A stretch of 64,000 nt of DNA from the NCBI GenBank assembly GCA_021734065.1, contig JAIPJQ010000001.1:19251-83250 (forward strand), given 5' to 3'. Numbering within the stretch: position 1 is the stretch's first letter; each line of letters starts with the position of its first letter. Below are positions 1 to 9,777 of this stretch, one piece after another. Origin of the DNA: Fidelibacterota bacterium. GTDB lineage: Bacteria > Fidelibacterota > UBA8477. Both the position numbers and the translations under genes were made by a program. A model generated the notes under the pieces. The model saw nothing but the letters and a program-made list of their open reading frames with translations, had not been told where the DNA came from and did not search any database.

Positions 1-1223
1 TTGGTGATGATGGTCATAACTTGTGCGCCGTTTCTCACGAACTCCCGAAACAGAACCGGATCGCTGGACTCATAACAGATCATGGTTCCGAAACGAGCCT
101 TTGCATCGTCATTCCCCATCGTGTACACAGAAGACACTTTCCCTGCTTCAAAATTAGCCTGCCCAAAATTGAGTACCTTTAGTCCGGGAAAGAGATCCAC
201 CAGTGGCAAACGCTCTGCGAAGGGCACCAAATGCTGTTTATAATACAATTTTACCGTGGAATCAGGCACGAAGAAAAACGCCGCATTGTAGGTGCGGATT
301 TCATCGCCCTTTCGCTCATGATTGAGCGAGCCGGTGAGAATGGAGATATCCTGCCGATTCACATAGCTTTCGATCATATTAAAAAGCGAGGCATAGTACA
401 TCAAATATGCCGGAACTGCGGTCTCCGGCCAAATGACAACCTTCGCACCATCCACCCGCGCCAAGTCAGATTTCAGGATCAAATCCTCCACGTGCTGCTG
501 CTTTTTACTCCGCACCCATTTGTCATGGGGATCCACATTGGATTGGACCACACCTATCGGAATCGTGGGGCCTGACTGGTTTTGCACCATCCAGATCCTG
601 AGACCACCAGCTCCGAAACTCAACACAATAAATGCAGCCAGAATCGTCCAGGCACGCTGTTGCTGGCGGCTATCGAAATGCAGAAACTCAATGCCATAAA
701 TGGTTGCGTTGACCAACAGAACCCAAAAACTCACCATATAGATCCCGCCAAATTCAGCAAATTGCTGTAATGGCAGGAAAAGGTTTTGGGTCATTGCCAG
801 CGACAGCCACGGGAATCCCATAAATCCCCAACTGTACAAATACTCTACACCTGTCCAGACGAGTGGCGCGAAAAGAAAGGCTTTGCGTCCAAGCAGACGA
901 CCGCCCCTCATCATGAAAAAACCAAACAGGCCGTAATAGATGGACAAATAGAGGATGCTGCCCACCATGGATGCCGATGCGGTCCAAAACGTGGTGCCGC
1001 TGTTATTGGCGATCCAATTCAACGACACCAGCATAAATACCACACCAGTGATATAGCCCAATCGGAATCCGTTGCGCCAATTTGCCCGTTCAAGTCCCAG
1101 CCATAAAGGAATCCAGGCAAACCAGGCAAGAAAGGATAAATCGAAGGGCGGAAAACTAAACGCCAGCAACAATCCGGTGAGGATTGCCAGGAATTCAGGT
1201 GATAGGGATTTAAATTTTCTCAA
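1..1223 (-). CDS. lnt: apolipoprotein N-acyltransferase (3' end runs off the window)
   Basis: Absent from the ORF track because no stop lies in the window. The minus-strand frame is open from 1223 to 1. My translation gives a multi-TM N-half (PEFLAILTGLLLAFSFPPFDLSFLAWFAWIPLW...). It continues into a CN-hydrolase half (VVIWPETAVPAY, TYNAAFFF, YYKQHLVPFAERLP, ARFGTMICYESSDPVLFREF). There is no nearby in-frame ATG; the TTG at 1223-1221 overlaps the ruvX stop (TTGA). Confidence 0.8.
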   Translation of the reverse strand, partial: MRKFKSLSPEFLAILTGLLLAFSFPPFDLSFLAWFAWIPLWLGLERANWRNGFRLGYITGVVFMLVSLNWIANNSGTTFWTASASMVGSILYLSIYYGLFGFFMMRGGRLLGRKAFLFAPLVWTGVEYLYSWGFMGFPWLSLAMTQNLFLPLQQFAEFGGIYMVSFWVLLVNATIYGIEFLHFDSRQQQRAWTILAAFIVLSFGAGGLRIWMVQNQSGPTIPIGVVQSNVDPHDKWVRSKKQQHVEDLILKSDLARVDGAKVVIWPETAVPAYLMYYASLFNMIESYVNRQDISILTGSLNHERKGDEIRTYNAAFFFVPDSTVKLYYKQHLVPFAERLPLVDLFPGLKVLNFGQANFEAGKVSSVYTMGNDDAKARFGTMICYESSDPVLFREFVRNGAQVMTIIT

Positions 1224-1639
1224 TGCCGTATCTCAGCTAAATATTGTTCCAGAATCACAGTGGCAGCCAGGCGGTCTACCGCGCCTTTGTCATCACCGAC
1301 TTTTTTGCCCATGTTATGCAGCATTCGTTCCGCCTCCACTGATGAAAAGCTTTCATCGATCAACGCAATCGGTACATCCACCATGGATTGTAGCCTCTTA
1401 GTAAATGCGCGCACCCGTTTGGTCTGCGTGCTATCCTGGCGCTGCGTGTTAATGGGAAGGCCAATTACGATTTCCACAACCTCCTGATCCACAATAACTT
1501 CCAAGAGTTGCTTCAACGCATCTTCCTCATCACGGACCCAGAGGGTTTTATACGGGCTGGCGATGATCCGCAACGGATCCGTCAGGGCCAGCCCTATGCG
1601 CCTGCCCCCCGGATCAATCGCCAGTATTCGGCCTTCCAT
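1220..1639 (-). CDS. ruvX: YqgF/RuvX putative pre-16S rRNA nuclease (Holliday junction resolvase-like)
   Basis: 139 aa. N-terminus ILAIDPGGRRIGLALTD and overall length are typical of the YqgF family. Confidence 0.85.
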   Translation of the reverse strand: MEGRILAIDPGGRRIGLALTDPLRIIASPYKTLWVRDEEDALKQLLEVIVDQEVVEIVIGLPINTQRQDSTQTKRVRAFTKRLQSMVDVPIALIDESFSSVEAERMLHNMGKKVGDDKGAVDRLAATVILEQYLAEIRH

Positions 1640-1669
1640 GAGACGCGTACCACCTTTTGAAAACGAGAT

Positions 1670-1978
1670 TTAGTCGCGTGGCTGCTTCAGGACTTCTCGC
1701 AGCAATTTGCCCGGCTTGAAGTGCGTTTTTTTGCGCGGGGGTACATAAATCTCTTCATTGGTGCGGGGATTACGGGCACGGGGTTTGGCTTTGGTAGGTT
1801 TCACCTCAAAGACACCAAAATTCCGTATTTCGATGCGAATTTCTTCTTCATCACTGCTCATCAATTCCCGGAGAACATTAAAGACTTTGTCTACGACTTC
1901 TTCAACACCTGCCAGTTTCTGACCAACTTTGTCGGCAGTGAGCTTTGCTACATCCTTCTTCGTGTAGGTAATTGCCAT
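1670..1978 (-). CDS. HU/IHF-family DNA-binding protein
   Basis: 102 aa. The beta-arm region FGVFEVKPTKAKPRARNPRTNEEIYVPPRKKTHFKPGKLL matches the HU/IHF pattern (RNPxT...FKPGK). Confidence 0.8.
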   Translation of the reverse strand: MAITYTKKDVAKLTADKVGQKLAGVEEVVDKVFNVLRELMSSDEEEIRIEIRNFGVFEVKPTKAKPRARNPRTNEEIYVPPRKKTHFKPGKLLREVLKQPRD

Positions 1979-2017
1979 TTTGTCTTCATCCTTCCTTTTT
2001 TCTTCCGTGTACCAATG

Positions 2018-4222
2018 TCATTCTCGTTCCACACTGATTACACCATCTACCATTAATATTCGATTACGAATTTTATCCAATTGCCGGACACCATCCACTT
2101 CCAGAACGACCAATCCAACAACTAAATCCTCTTCTGCTTTCATGGTTAATGATTCGATATTCACATCAAACGATGAAATACGTTCCGTTAAATCCCTGAG
2201 AAAATGCTTCCGGTCCTGAGCCATTACTTTCAAGCGCACCAAAAAGCGTTGGTTCCTCTCACCGCCCCACTGCACCTCGATTAAGCGTTCTTTTTCAGTA
2301 AGATTTGGTCCCACTGTATCACAATCGGTGCGGTGGACCGTCACTCCTCGTCCCCGGGTGATGAATCCAATAATTGGATCACCGGGAATCGGATTACAGC
2401 ACTTCCCGAATGCGATCATCACATTATCAATTCCCGCAATGGTAACGCCTTTGGTATTACGGCGGGCGCGGCGGAAAAAAGATTCGTTCTGGTCTTTTTG
2501 AACCTTGGGAGGTGTAAAAGAGAGGTCCGGGTAAATCTTGGTCAGTAATGAGGTGATGGTTCGATGTCCGGAGCCGATCGCAGCCAGCATCTTCTCTTCA
2601 CTCTCATATCCGATCTCACTAAAACTATTTCTGATTTTCTTGGCTTCTTTGGACAAACGCAACCGACGCAGTTCCCGTTCCAAAATCTCCTGCCCAAGTT
2701 TTACGCTATGTTCGAACTCCTGCTTTTTCGCCCATTTCCGGATATTCGATTTGGCTTTGGATGTTTTGACGAACTTCAGCCAGGTAGCATTGGGTGTCTG
2801 GTGGTCGCTGGTGATAATTTCCAGACTGTCGCCACTCTTTATCTGAGTACTTAAGGGGACGATTTTCCCATTCACCTTGGCGCCAATACAATGCAAGCCC
2901 ACCTGGGTGTGAATGTCGAATGCAAAATCCAACGGTGTGGCTCCCACCGGCAGAATGCGAACATCCCCTTTGGGTGTGAACACAAATATTTCATTCTTGT
3001 ATAAATCAATTTTCAGCAGATCCATGAACTGGTGACTGGTGGTGCTGTCTTCATTTTGCAGAATTTCCACCAGATTCCGCAACCAGCTCACATGGGCATC
3101 CAGATCATCCCGATGACGCCGGGCGCCTTCGCCCTCATTCTCCTTGTAACGCCAATGAGCCGCCACCCCCTCTTCAGCCGTCTGATCCATCTCTTCCGTA
3201 CGAATCTGCACTTCCACCGGACGCCCGCCCGGACCGATCACCGTCGTGTGCAGACTCTGATAACCATTGGCTTTTGGTGTGGCAATAAAGTCTTTGAAGC
3301 GCGCCTGGATAGGCGGATAAAACGAATGGACAAATCCCAAAACCGAATAGCAGTCCTCCAGTTTATCCACGATAATGCGAATCGCGAAAATATCATAGAT
3401 GTCCAATAATGGCCGTTTTTGGGTCACCATTTTTCGGTGAATGGAGGAATAATTTTTGAATCGGCTACGATATTCTGTCTGAATACCGGCCGCTTCAATC
3501 CGCTCCCGCACCGGTACCAAAAATTTTTTAATGTAGGACTCAAACTCATTTTGGCGCTTGGGAATGGATTTGGATAATTCCTGATATCCCTTGGGCTCAA
3601 GGATTTTGAACACCAAATCGTCCATCTCTGAGCGAAGCCGATACATCCCCAGCCTATGAGCCAGCGGAACATAAACATCCCGCGTTTCCCTGGCAATCCG
3701 CCGCGTTTTCACATCCGGCAGATGATCAATCGTACGCATGTTGTGGAGTCTGTCAGCGAATTTGATGATGATGGTGCGGATATCTTCAGCAACCGAAAGC
3801 AGCATTTTCCGGAAATTCACCGCCTGCTTGTCTTCTTCGCTCCGAAATTTAATGTCGGACAGCTTGGTGACCCCATCCACCAATTGGGCTACTTCCTTAC
3901 CAAAATGGGTCTCTACATCGGCAAGTGTATAGCCCGTATCCTCCACCACATCGTGTAACAACGCCGCGGCCACAGTGATGCTGTCCAAACGCATTTCCGC
4001 CAAAATCGTAGCCACAGCCACACAATGGCTGAAGTAGGGCTCACCGGATTTCCGCATCTGATCTTTGTGGGCATGCTTCCCGAATTCGTAGGCACGCCAG
4101 AGCAAATCTTCATCCGGCTGATTGTGGATATTCCCACGCAACAATTCCAGAATGCGCTGAAAATCGTTGGGCATTTTATCCGACGATGAACGCCGAAACT
4201 TATCTAAGATGCCGGTTGCCAT
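2018..4222 (-). CDS. rel: bifunctional (p)ppGpp synthetase/hydrolase, RelA/SpoT family
   Basis: 734 aa. It has an HD hydrolase domain (HCVAVATIL...LLHDVVEDT) and a synthetase region (YQSLHTTVIGPGGRPVEVQIRT). TGS- and ACT-like C-terminal parts follow. Confidence 0.92.
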   Translation of the reverse strand: MATGILDKFRRSSSDKMPNDFQRILELLRGNIHNQPDEDLLWRAYEFGKHAHKDQMRKSGEPYFSHCVAVATILAEMRLDSITVAAALLHDVVEDTGYTLADVETHFGKEVAQLVDGVTKLSDIKFRSEEDKQAVNFRKMLLSVAEDIRTIIIKFADRLHNMRTIDHLPDVKTRRIARETRDVYVPLAHRLGMYRLRSEMDDLVFKILEPKGYQELSKSIPKRQNEFESYIKKFLVPVRERIEAAGIQTEYRSRFKNYSSIHRKMVTQKRPLLDIYDIFAIRIIVDKLEDCYSVLGFVHSFYPPIQARFKDFIATPKANGYQSLHTTVIGPGGRPVEVQIRTEEMDQTAEEGVAAHWRYKENEGEGARRHRDDLDAHVSWLRNLVEILQNEDSTTSHQFMDLLKIDLYKNEIFVFTPKGDVRILPVGATPLDFAFDIHTQVGLHCIGAKVNGKIVPLSTQIKSGDSLEIITSDHQTPNATWLKFVKTSKAKSNIRKWAKKQEFEHSVKLGQEILERELRRLRLSKEAKKIRNSFSEIGYESEEKMLAAIGSGHRTITSLLTKIYPDLSFTPPKVQKDQNESFFRRARRNTKGVTIAGIDNVMIAFGKCCNPIPGDPIIGFITRGRGVTVHRTDCDTVGPNLTEKERLIEVQWGGERNQRFLVRLKVMAQDRKHFLRDLTERISSFDVNIESLTMKAEEDLVVGLVVLEVDGVRQLDKIRNRILMVDGVISVERE

Positions 4223-5608
4223 TTAAATCGGTAAGGGTTTTCCTGTCGCCTCAGGCGGGATGTAACTGGGCATATCTTCAAATGCCGCGTATTTATCGAT
4301 AAAGGCCAGCTTCACCGAACCGGTGGGGCCGTTTCTTTGTTTGCCGATGATGATTTCCGCGATGCCTTCCTGCGAATTGCCATCATCATCCTGGAGTTTG
4401 TATTTCTCCGGACGGTAGATGAATGTCACCACATCGGCGTCCTGCTCCAGCGAACCGGACTCACGCAAATCGGAGAGCATGGGTCGCTTATCCGTGCGGC
4501 TTTCCACGGCACGACTCAACTGCGACAGCGCGACAATGGGAATATCCAGTTCCTTGGCCAGGGTTTTAAGTGAGCGGGAGATCATGGAAATTTCCTGCTG
4601 CCTGTTTTCAATGCCCCGGGGACCGGTGATCAATTGGAGATAATCCACAATGAGCAGTTTCACGTCCCGCTCCGCCTTCAGTCGTCGGGCTTTGGCGCGA
4701 ATTTCCAATACGGTCAGCGACGCAGTATCATCCAAAAATATTGGCGCGTTGGCCAGACGGCCGGCAGCTTTTGACAGCCGTCCCCAAAGATTGCTGGGGA
4801 GTTTGCCGGTACGCACCAAATGCGCGTCAACCCGCGCTTCACTGCACAGCAGACGCATGGCCAATTGGTAGGAAGCCATTTCCAGACTGAATATTCCCAC
4901 CGGAATATTGTGTTCAACAGCGGCATTCCGGGCAATCGTGAGGGCAAAGGCCGTTTTTCCCATGGATGGCCGAGCAGCCAGAATAATTAAATCAGAGGAT
5001 TGAAATCCCGACGTGAGCTCGTCGAGCCGGTCAAATCCAGAGGGCACTCCCCGCACAGCTCCCGGTGACTGGTGAGATTTTTCCACCATCTCAAATGCCG
5101 CTTCAAGGGCCGGCTTAATTGGCTCAAAGCCCTGTTTCTTGAACCGGCGCTTGGAAATATCAAAGATGCGTCGTTCAAAGTCATCCAACACATCATCCAC
5201 ATGATCCTTGGCTTCATACGCCTCGGTGGATACATCGCCTGCCAGGGTGATAATATCACGCAGCGTTGCCGCCTCCATCACCAATCGGGCGTAATACTCT
5301 ACATTCGCGGTACTGGGAATGGACTCCGCCAAACCGGTGATATAGTAAGCGCCACCAACCGCATCCAGTTCACCCATGCGTTTCAACACATCCACCACCG
5401 CCAACTGATCCACCGGCTCGCTCTCCGCTTCCAGCTTCATAATGGCTCTGAATATTTTCTGGTGGGCTGTTTTGTAATAGAATTCCGGCTCTAAAAATTG
5501 GAGTACGATAGACACGGCTTCTTTTGACAGCATCATACTGCCCAAAACAGCCTGTTCAGCTTCAATATTTTGTGGTGGTACGCGAAGATTTTCGCTGGAA
5601 TCAGCCAT
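4223..5608 (-). CDS. dnaB: replicative DNA helicase
   Basis: 461 aa. N-terminus PPQNIEAEQAVLGSMM, Walker A AARPSMGKTAF, and LIVDYLQL and GKQRNGPTG motifs. Confidence 0.95.
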   Translation of the reverse strand: MADSSENLRVPPQNIEAEQAVLGSMMLSKEAVSIVLQFLEPEFYYKTAHQKIFRAIMKLEAESEPVDQLAVVDVLKRMGELDAVGGAYYITGLAESIPSTANVEYYARLVMEAATLRDIITLAGDVSTEAYEAKDHVDDVLDDFERRIFDISKRRFKKQGFEPIKPALEAAFEMVEKSHQSPGAVRGVPSGFDRLDELTSGFQSSDLIILAARPSMGKTAFALTIARNAAVEHNIPVGIFSLEMASYQLAMRLLCSEARVDAHLVRTGKLPSNLWGRLSKAAGRLANAPIFLDDTASLTVLEIRAKARRLKAERDVKLLIVDYLQLITGPRGIENRQQEISMISRSLKTLAKELDIPIVALSQLSRAVESRTDKRPMLSDLRESGSLEQDADVVTFIYRPEKYKLQDDDGNSQEGIAEIIIGKQRNGPTGSVKLAFIDKYAAFEDMPSYIPPEATGKPLPI

Positions 5609-6314
5609 TTACCTCAGCATCCTTCCTTTTGGCTTGATACAAATCGCGGATTTGCTGAAAATCTTCCCAGGCCGCCGGTTTGAATCCGGAATTACGCAAG
5701 AGCGCAGCCGGGTGATAGGTCACCCGCAGATCAACGCCTTCATAGGTAAAGGCTTTTTGACGCATATTTTTTAATGTGTCTTCCATGCGCAAAAGCGTTT
5801 TCGCCGCTACCCGCCCCAATGCTACAATCAGTTTGGGTTTGATCAGGGCGATCTGATGGCGGAGATAGGGTTCGCATTGCTCAACTTCCTCCGGCAGCGG
5901 GTCTCGATTGTTCGGTGGCCGGCACTTTAGGACATTGGCAATGAATACTTCATCACGACTCAGATTGATGGCCACCAGAATTTTATCCAGCAATTGCCCG
6001 GCTCGTCCCACAAAAGGAATGCCCTGCAAATCCTCATCGCGTCCCGGCGCTTCACCGACCAGCATAAGATCCGCGTTGGGATTTCCTACGCCAAAAACAA
6101 AATGAGTGCGGGATTTCCCCAGTGGACATTTTTGGCAGTTCTCAATGTCGTGCTGAAATGTGGTGAAATCAGAAGCGAAGGCCATTTCTGCATGTTGCGA
6201 TTGGGAAGTTACGGATGCGCTGGAATCCTGGTTCGGATCCGGCCGGTAGAGGGGACTGCCAAAAAGCTCCATTTCTTGGGATAAAAATTGCTTTTTGGGA
6301 ACCTCCGCGCTCAC
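5601..6314 (-). CDS. uracil-DNA glycosylase, family 4
   Basis: 237 aa. Motifs CQKCPL...FGVGNPNADLMLVGEAPGRDED and FVGRAGQLLD are characteristic of Fe-S family-4 UDGs. It overlaps the dnaB start by 8 nt. Confidence 0.85.
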   Translation of the reverse strand: MSAEVPKKQFLSQEMELFGSPLYRPDPNQDSSASVTSQSQHAEMAFASDFTTFQHDIENCQKCPLGKSRTHFVFGVGNPNADLMLVGEAPGRDEDLQGIPFVGRAGQLLDKILVAINLSRDEVFIANVLKCRPPNNRDPLPEEVEQCEPYLRHQIALIKPKLIVALGRVAAKTLLRMEDTLKNMRQKAFTYEGVDLRVTYHPAALLRNSGFKPAAWEDFQQIRDLYQAKRKDAEVNG

Positions 6315-6317
6315 AGA

Positions 6318-6638
6318 CTACTCTTCTTCGGTTTCGGGTTCATCTTCCGCGCTTGACCACTCCAGGTTTTCTTCCAGCAGTTCTTTTAATGCCTGGGTAA
6401 CCGGTTTATCTACCTTATCAAATTCCAGCTTTTTCAATTCGAAATCCGGATCACGTTCTTCCAGTTCGTCCGTTCCGCTGATTTCTTCCATTGATTCCTC
6501 TTCCCGGCGCTTCTCCTCGCGAATAATGAACCGGTCGGCCCGAATCTGGCGAGCACGCTTGGCGACAACGGTAACCGCCTCAAACATATCCGGGGTGTGC
6601 TTTTCAAGCTCCCGGAATGGAATGGTTTTTAATGCCAT
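6318..6638 (-). CDS. rpoZ: DNA-directed RNA polymerase subunit omega with acidic C-terminal tail
   Basis: 106 aa. The core FEAVTVVAKRARQI matches the omega motif, and the gene lies directly downstream of gmk, the classic gmk-rpoZ pairing. Confidence 0.7.
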   Translation of the reverse strand: MALKTIPFRELEKHTPDMFEAVTVVAKRARQIRADRFIIREEKRREEESMEEISGTDELEERDPDFELKKLEFDKVDKPVTQALKELLEENLEWSSAEDEPETEEE

Positions 6639-6658
6639 GAATTGATCTCCTTATTTCC

Positions 6659-7264
6659 TTATGTATTTTCCATTTTTTTCGCTAACAGTTGTTGACACTT
6701 CTTTTCCACAATGGTGATCATCTGCCTGGTCGCCTCTTCCAGATCATCATTTATGATTTGCTCATCAAAATGTTCACCCAGCGCCACCTCTTCCGGCATG
6801 CGTTCCAGTCGAATCTGGATTTGCTCCGGAGAATCGGTTCCCCGCCGCTTCAGACGCTCCAATAACGCATCTTTTGACGGCGGCCGAATGAAAATAGAAA
6901 CCGTGTCTTCCGGGTACTGGGCTTTCACATTGAGCCCGCCCTTGATGTCAATATCAATGAGTAATATTTTTCCCGAACTGAGCGCGTCTTCCACAAAAGA
7001 ACGGAGCGTCCCGTAGAGATGTCCGTTCTTGTTGTAAACCTCCTGCCACTCCACCAGCTCATTTTTCTGGATTTTTTTAATGAAGGAAGGCTGATCAATG
7101 AAGAAGTAATGAATACCATCAACTTCATAATCTCGTGGAGGTCGCGTGGTTACGGAGACAGAGAATTGAATCTGTGGATATTTTTCCATCAGGCGGGCTT
7201 CCAGAGTCCCCTTCCCGGCGCCGGACGGTCCAGCTACGACAATTAATTTTCCGCGCTCATGCAT
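6659..7264 (-). CDS. gmk: guanylate kinase
   Basis: 201 aa. P-loop GPSGAGKGTL, TTRPPRDYEVDGIHYFF and EWQEVYNKNGHLYGT. Confidence 0.95.
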   Translation of the reverse strand: MHERGKLIVVAGPSGAGKGTLEARLMEKYPQIQFSVSVTTRPPRDYEVDGIHYFFIDQPSFIKKIQKNELVEWQEVYNKNGHLYGTLRSFVEDALSSGKILLIDIDIKGGLNVKAQYPEDTVSIFIRPPSKDALLERLKRRGTDSPEQIQIRLERMPEEVALGEHFDEQIINDDLEEATRQMITIVEKKCQQLLAKKMENT

Positions 7265-8142
7265 TACTGAATATTCTGGATTTGTTCACGAATTTTTTCG
7301 ACCTCACTTTTCAATTCCACCACCGCGTGAGCAATACCGGACGAATAGGATTTACTGCCGATGGTATTGGCCTCCCGATTCATCTCCTGCAACAAGAAAT
7401 TCAACCGCCGACCCGCGTTGGCATCACTCTGCATGATGTGCCGGAAATGCTGGAGATGTGTTGTGAACCGAACCAGCTCTTCGGAAATATCCAGCTTGTC
7501 CGACCAGATAACCAATTCCTGCTCCAGTCGCCGCTCGTCCGCATCAATGTCCCCCAGATTGGACTGGATTTTAGTGCGTAATTTTTCAATCGCTTCCGCC
7601 GCCCTGGATTCACATCCATTTTCAATCTCACCCAAAAGCTGCTCAAGGGTGTCCAACTGGCGGGACATGGCCTCCTCAAGATGCTGCCCTTCCACCGACC
7701 GCATTTGGTCTAAATTGTCCAGTGCACGCTGGAGTCCGTCAATGCAATCTTTGAAAAACGCATCCTTGTTGGAAATTTTGGGCTCAAATTGAATCACATC
7801 GGGTAGTTGGAGTAATTCGGCAATGTTTAACTCGGAACCGTTTCCCGTCAATTCCCGGGCAGCGTGACCAATTTCAACATAAGCCTGCGCCAAGTCTTTA
7901 TTAAGCACAGGAATCGCGTTGAGAGTGCCTTCATTGGGTAAGTTCATTGAAATCTGTAATTTGCCCCGGGGAATCCGGCTCTGAATAATGGGACGCGCCA
8001 GGTCTTCAAACTCAGCCAGCATGCGGGGCTGGCGGAAATTCATCTCCAAAAAGCGACTGTTTACCGAGCGAACTTCGATGGTCAAATCAATCCCCGCATG
8101 TTTCACCTCTGCCTTCCCAAACCCTGTCATACTCATCAGCAT
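7264..8142 (-). CDS. yicC: YicC-family protein (stress-induced, endoribonuclease-like)
   Basis: N-terminus MLMSMTGFGKAE..EVRSVNSRFLE and C-terminal NFLLQEMNREANTIGSKS. The track ORF starts at a TTG (8157). I prefer the ATG at 8142, which is preceded by GGGAGA and gives the family-typical N-terminus. Confidence 0.85.
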   Translation of the reverse strand: MLMSMTGFGKAEVKHAGIDLTIEVRSVNSRFLEMNFRQPRMLAEFEDLARPIIQSRIPRGKLQISMNLPNEGTLNAIPVLNKDLAQAYVEIGHAARELTGNGSELNIAELLQLPDVIQFEPKISNKDAFFKDCIDGLQRALDNLDQMRSVEGQHLEEAMSRQLDTLEQLLGEIENGCESRAAEAIEKLRTKIQSNLGDIDADERRLEQELVIWSDKLDISEELVRFTTHLQHFRHIMQSDANAGRRLNFLLQEMNREANTIGSKSYSSGIAHAVVELKSEVEKIREQIQNIQ

Positions 8143-8165
8143 CAACGCGTCTCCCAAAGTGGCTT

Positions 8166-8194
8166 ATTATAGTTTACCCTGTCTCCTATGTCAA
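8166..8194 (-). promoter_or_regulatory. consensus sigma-70-type promoter for yicC operon
   Basis: The minus strand reads TTGACA (8194-8189), a 17-nt spacer, then TATAAT (8171-8166). A GGGAGA Shine-Dalgarno and the ATG at 8142 follow about 20 nt downstream. Confidence 0.6.
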
Positions 8195-8309
8195 AATGTA
8201 TATTGGATTTATGAGGTTTTTTATGCCCCTCATTCCAGAAATTATTCAGCAGAAATCAAGGCTTTTTTTTCATCTATTTTAAATCGTTATTTATGCACCA
8301 GCGGGAGCG

Positions 8310-9770
8310 ATGCAAATGCTTGATTCTTGGATGACACTCTGGCACTGGACAGCCTGGTTGCAGAAGAACCTGCCCGGGTATGTGTTGACAGAGATATTTA
8401 CCTATCAGAAACAACGACTGGATTTGTGGTTTGAAAGGGGCGATTCGACGCGTCAATTGGCATGGCTGCCTTATAAAAATCAATTCACATTCTATGTTCC
8501 CCGCACGCCGTCACTCCCCAGGCGCCGGGTTGAGATTTTTAAAAGCGAGCTACCCGGAAATCTTGCGGTCCGGAAGGTCGCGCTACACACAGAGCTACCC
8601 ATCGTCCTTCTAAAGGTGGAGAATCAACAATCACTGGTATTCGACTTCCGTCACCCGAAAGGCAATGTGTACCTCCGCCAGAATGACACGATTCATGCTC
8701 AATTTTTAAAAGCTGTTCCCTGGCGCCAGGTGGAGGAGAAATGGCTGGATGTGGCTTCTCTGCGACATCAGGTATTGACGGGTAAACTCAATCCCATTCG
8801 GCACCAGAAGAGCGGGGAACCGATTGATTCCGCCACTTTCGATTCCCTGGACTGGCTGGCCGCACATTATCAGCTTGCCGGGGTGGATCGCTCAAAAAGC
8901 GATATTCCCGATGTGGTAAGTCAAATTCTCCACGAATCCCGCCAGTCTGCACCAGCCTCCGGGGCAGACACCATTCGGAAACGGGGCAAAACAGTGCTTA
9001 CACGCTGGAGGCGCAAACTGAAAAAACAGATGGCCGAAATGGAAGGCATTGATACGACACGTTTGCAAAATCAGGCAGACGGACTGGCCATAGCAATTGC
9101 GAGTGAGATTACATCTGACGATTCGGACCACATACGCCTCCCGGCTCACTTGTCACCCACCGGTGAAGAACTTGTCATTCCACTGAACCGGAAATTGAAA
9201 TTGCAGGAGAATCTCACGGCGCTTTATCAACAGGTACGGAAGCTTAAATCACGCATGGAAAATCATGAAAAGCGTGTTGAGAAAACGCGGTCTGAAATTG
9301 ATACCCTGGATACACTTCTGCAATCAGCGGACGAATCTGCTTTGAAACAATTATTAGAACAACACGGGGAACGGTTTTCGAAGGAGAGTTCTTCACAACC
9401 GGAACGCGTACCTTACCGAAAATTCACCTCTCCTTCCGGATTGCCCATTTTGGTGGGACGCGGCGCCAGAGATAATGATATCCTCACCTTTAAGCTGGCC
9501 AGCAAATTCGATTGGTGGTTTCATGCCCGAGGTGTTACCGGCAGCCATGTGATCCTCCAGACCGGGAAACAGACGCCCCAACACCGTGATCTGGTCATGG
9601 CGGCTCAACTGGCCGTGCGGTTCAGTGATGCAAAACATGCCGGTGTAGCGCCGGTGAGTTACTGTCAGCGGAAATATCTATCCAAACCGAAGGGTGGCGC
9701 GCCCGGTGCGGTCAAGTTTTTTCAGGAAGAGGTGTTGACGGTGGAGCCGTATGAGTTCAGCAAAGATTAA
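8310..9770 (+). CDS. NFACT-family protein (FbpA/RqcH-like) with C-terminal NFACT-R/DUF814 domain
   Basis: 486 aa. The C-terminus GLPILVGRGARDNDILTFKLASKFDWWFHARGVTGSHVILQ matches the DUF814/NFACT-R signature. The middle part is coiled-coil and the N-terminal part is only loosely NFACT-N-like. Confidence 0.7.
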   Translation: MQMLDSWMTLWHWTAWLQKNLPGYVLTEIFTYQKQRLDLWFERGDSTRQLAWLPYKNQFTFYVPRTPSLPRRRVEIFKSELPGNLAVRKVALHTELPIVLLKVENQQSLVFDFRHPKGNVYLRQNDTIHAQFLKAVPWRQVEEKWLDVASLRHQVLTGKLNPIRHQKSGEPIDSATFDSLDWLAAHYQLAGVDRSKSDIPDVVSQILHESRQSAPASGADTIRKRGKTVLTRWRRKLKKQMAEMEGIDTTRLQNQADGLAIAIASEITSDDSDHIRLPAHLSPTGEELVIPLNRKLKLQENLTALYQQVRKLKSRMENHEKRVEKTRSEIDTLDTLLQSADESALKQLLEQHGERFSKESSSQPERVPYRKFTSPSGLPILVGRGARDNDILTFKLASKFDWWFHARGVTGSHVILQTGKQTPQHRDLVMAAQLAVRFSDAKHAGVAPVSYCQRKYLSKPKGGAPGAVKFFQEEVLTVEPYEFSKD

Positions 9771-9777
9771 TCGCTTT

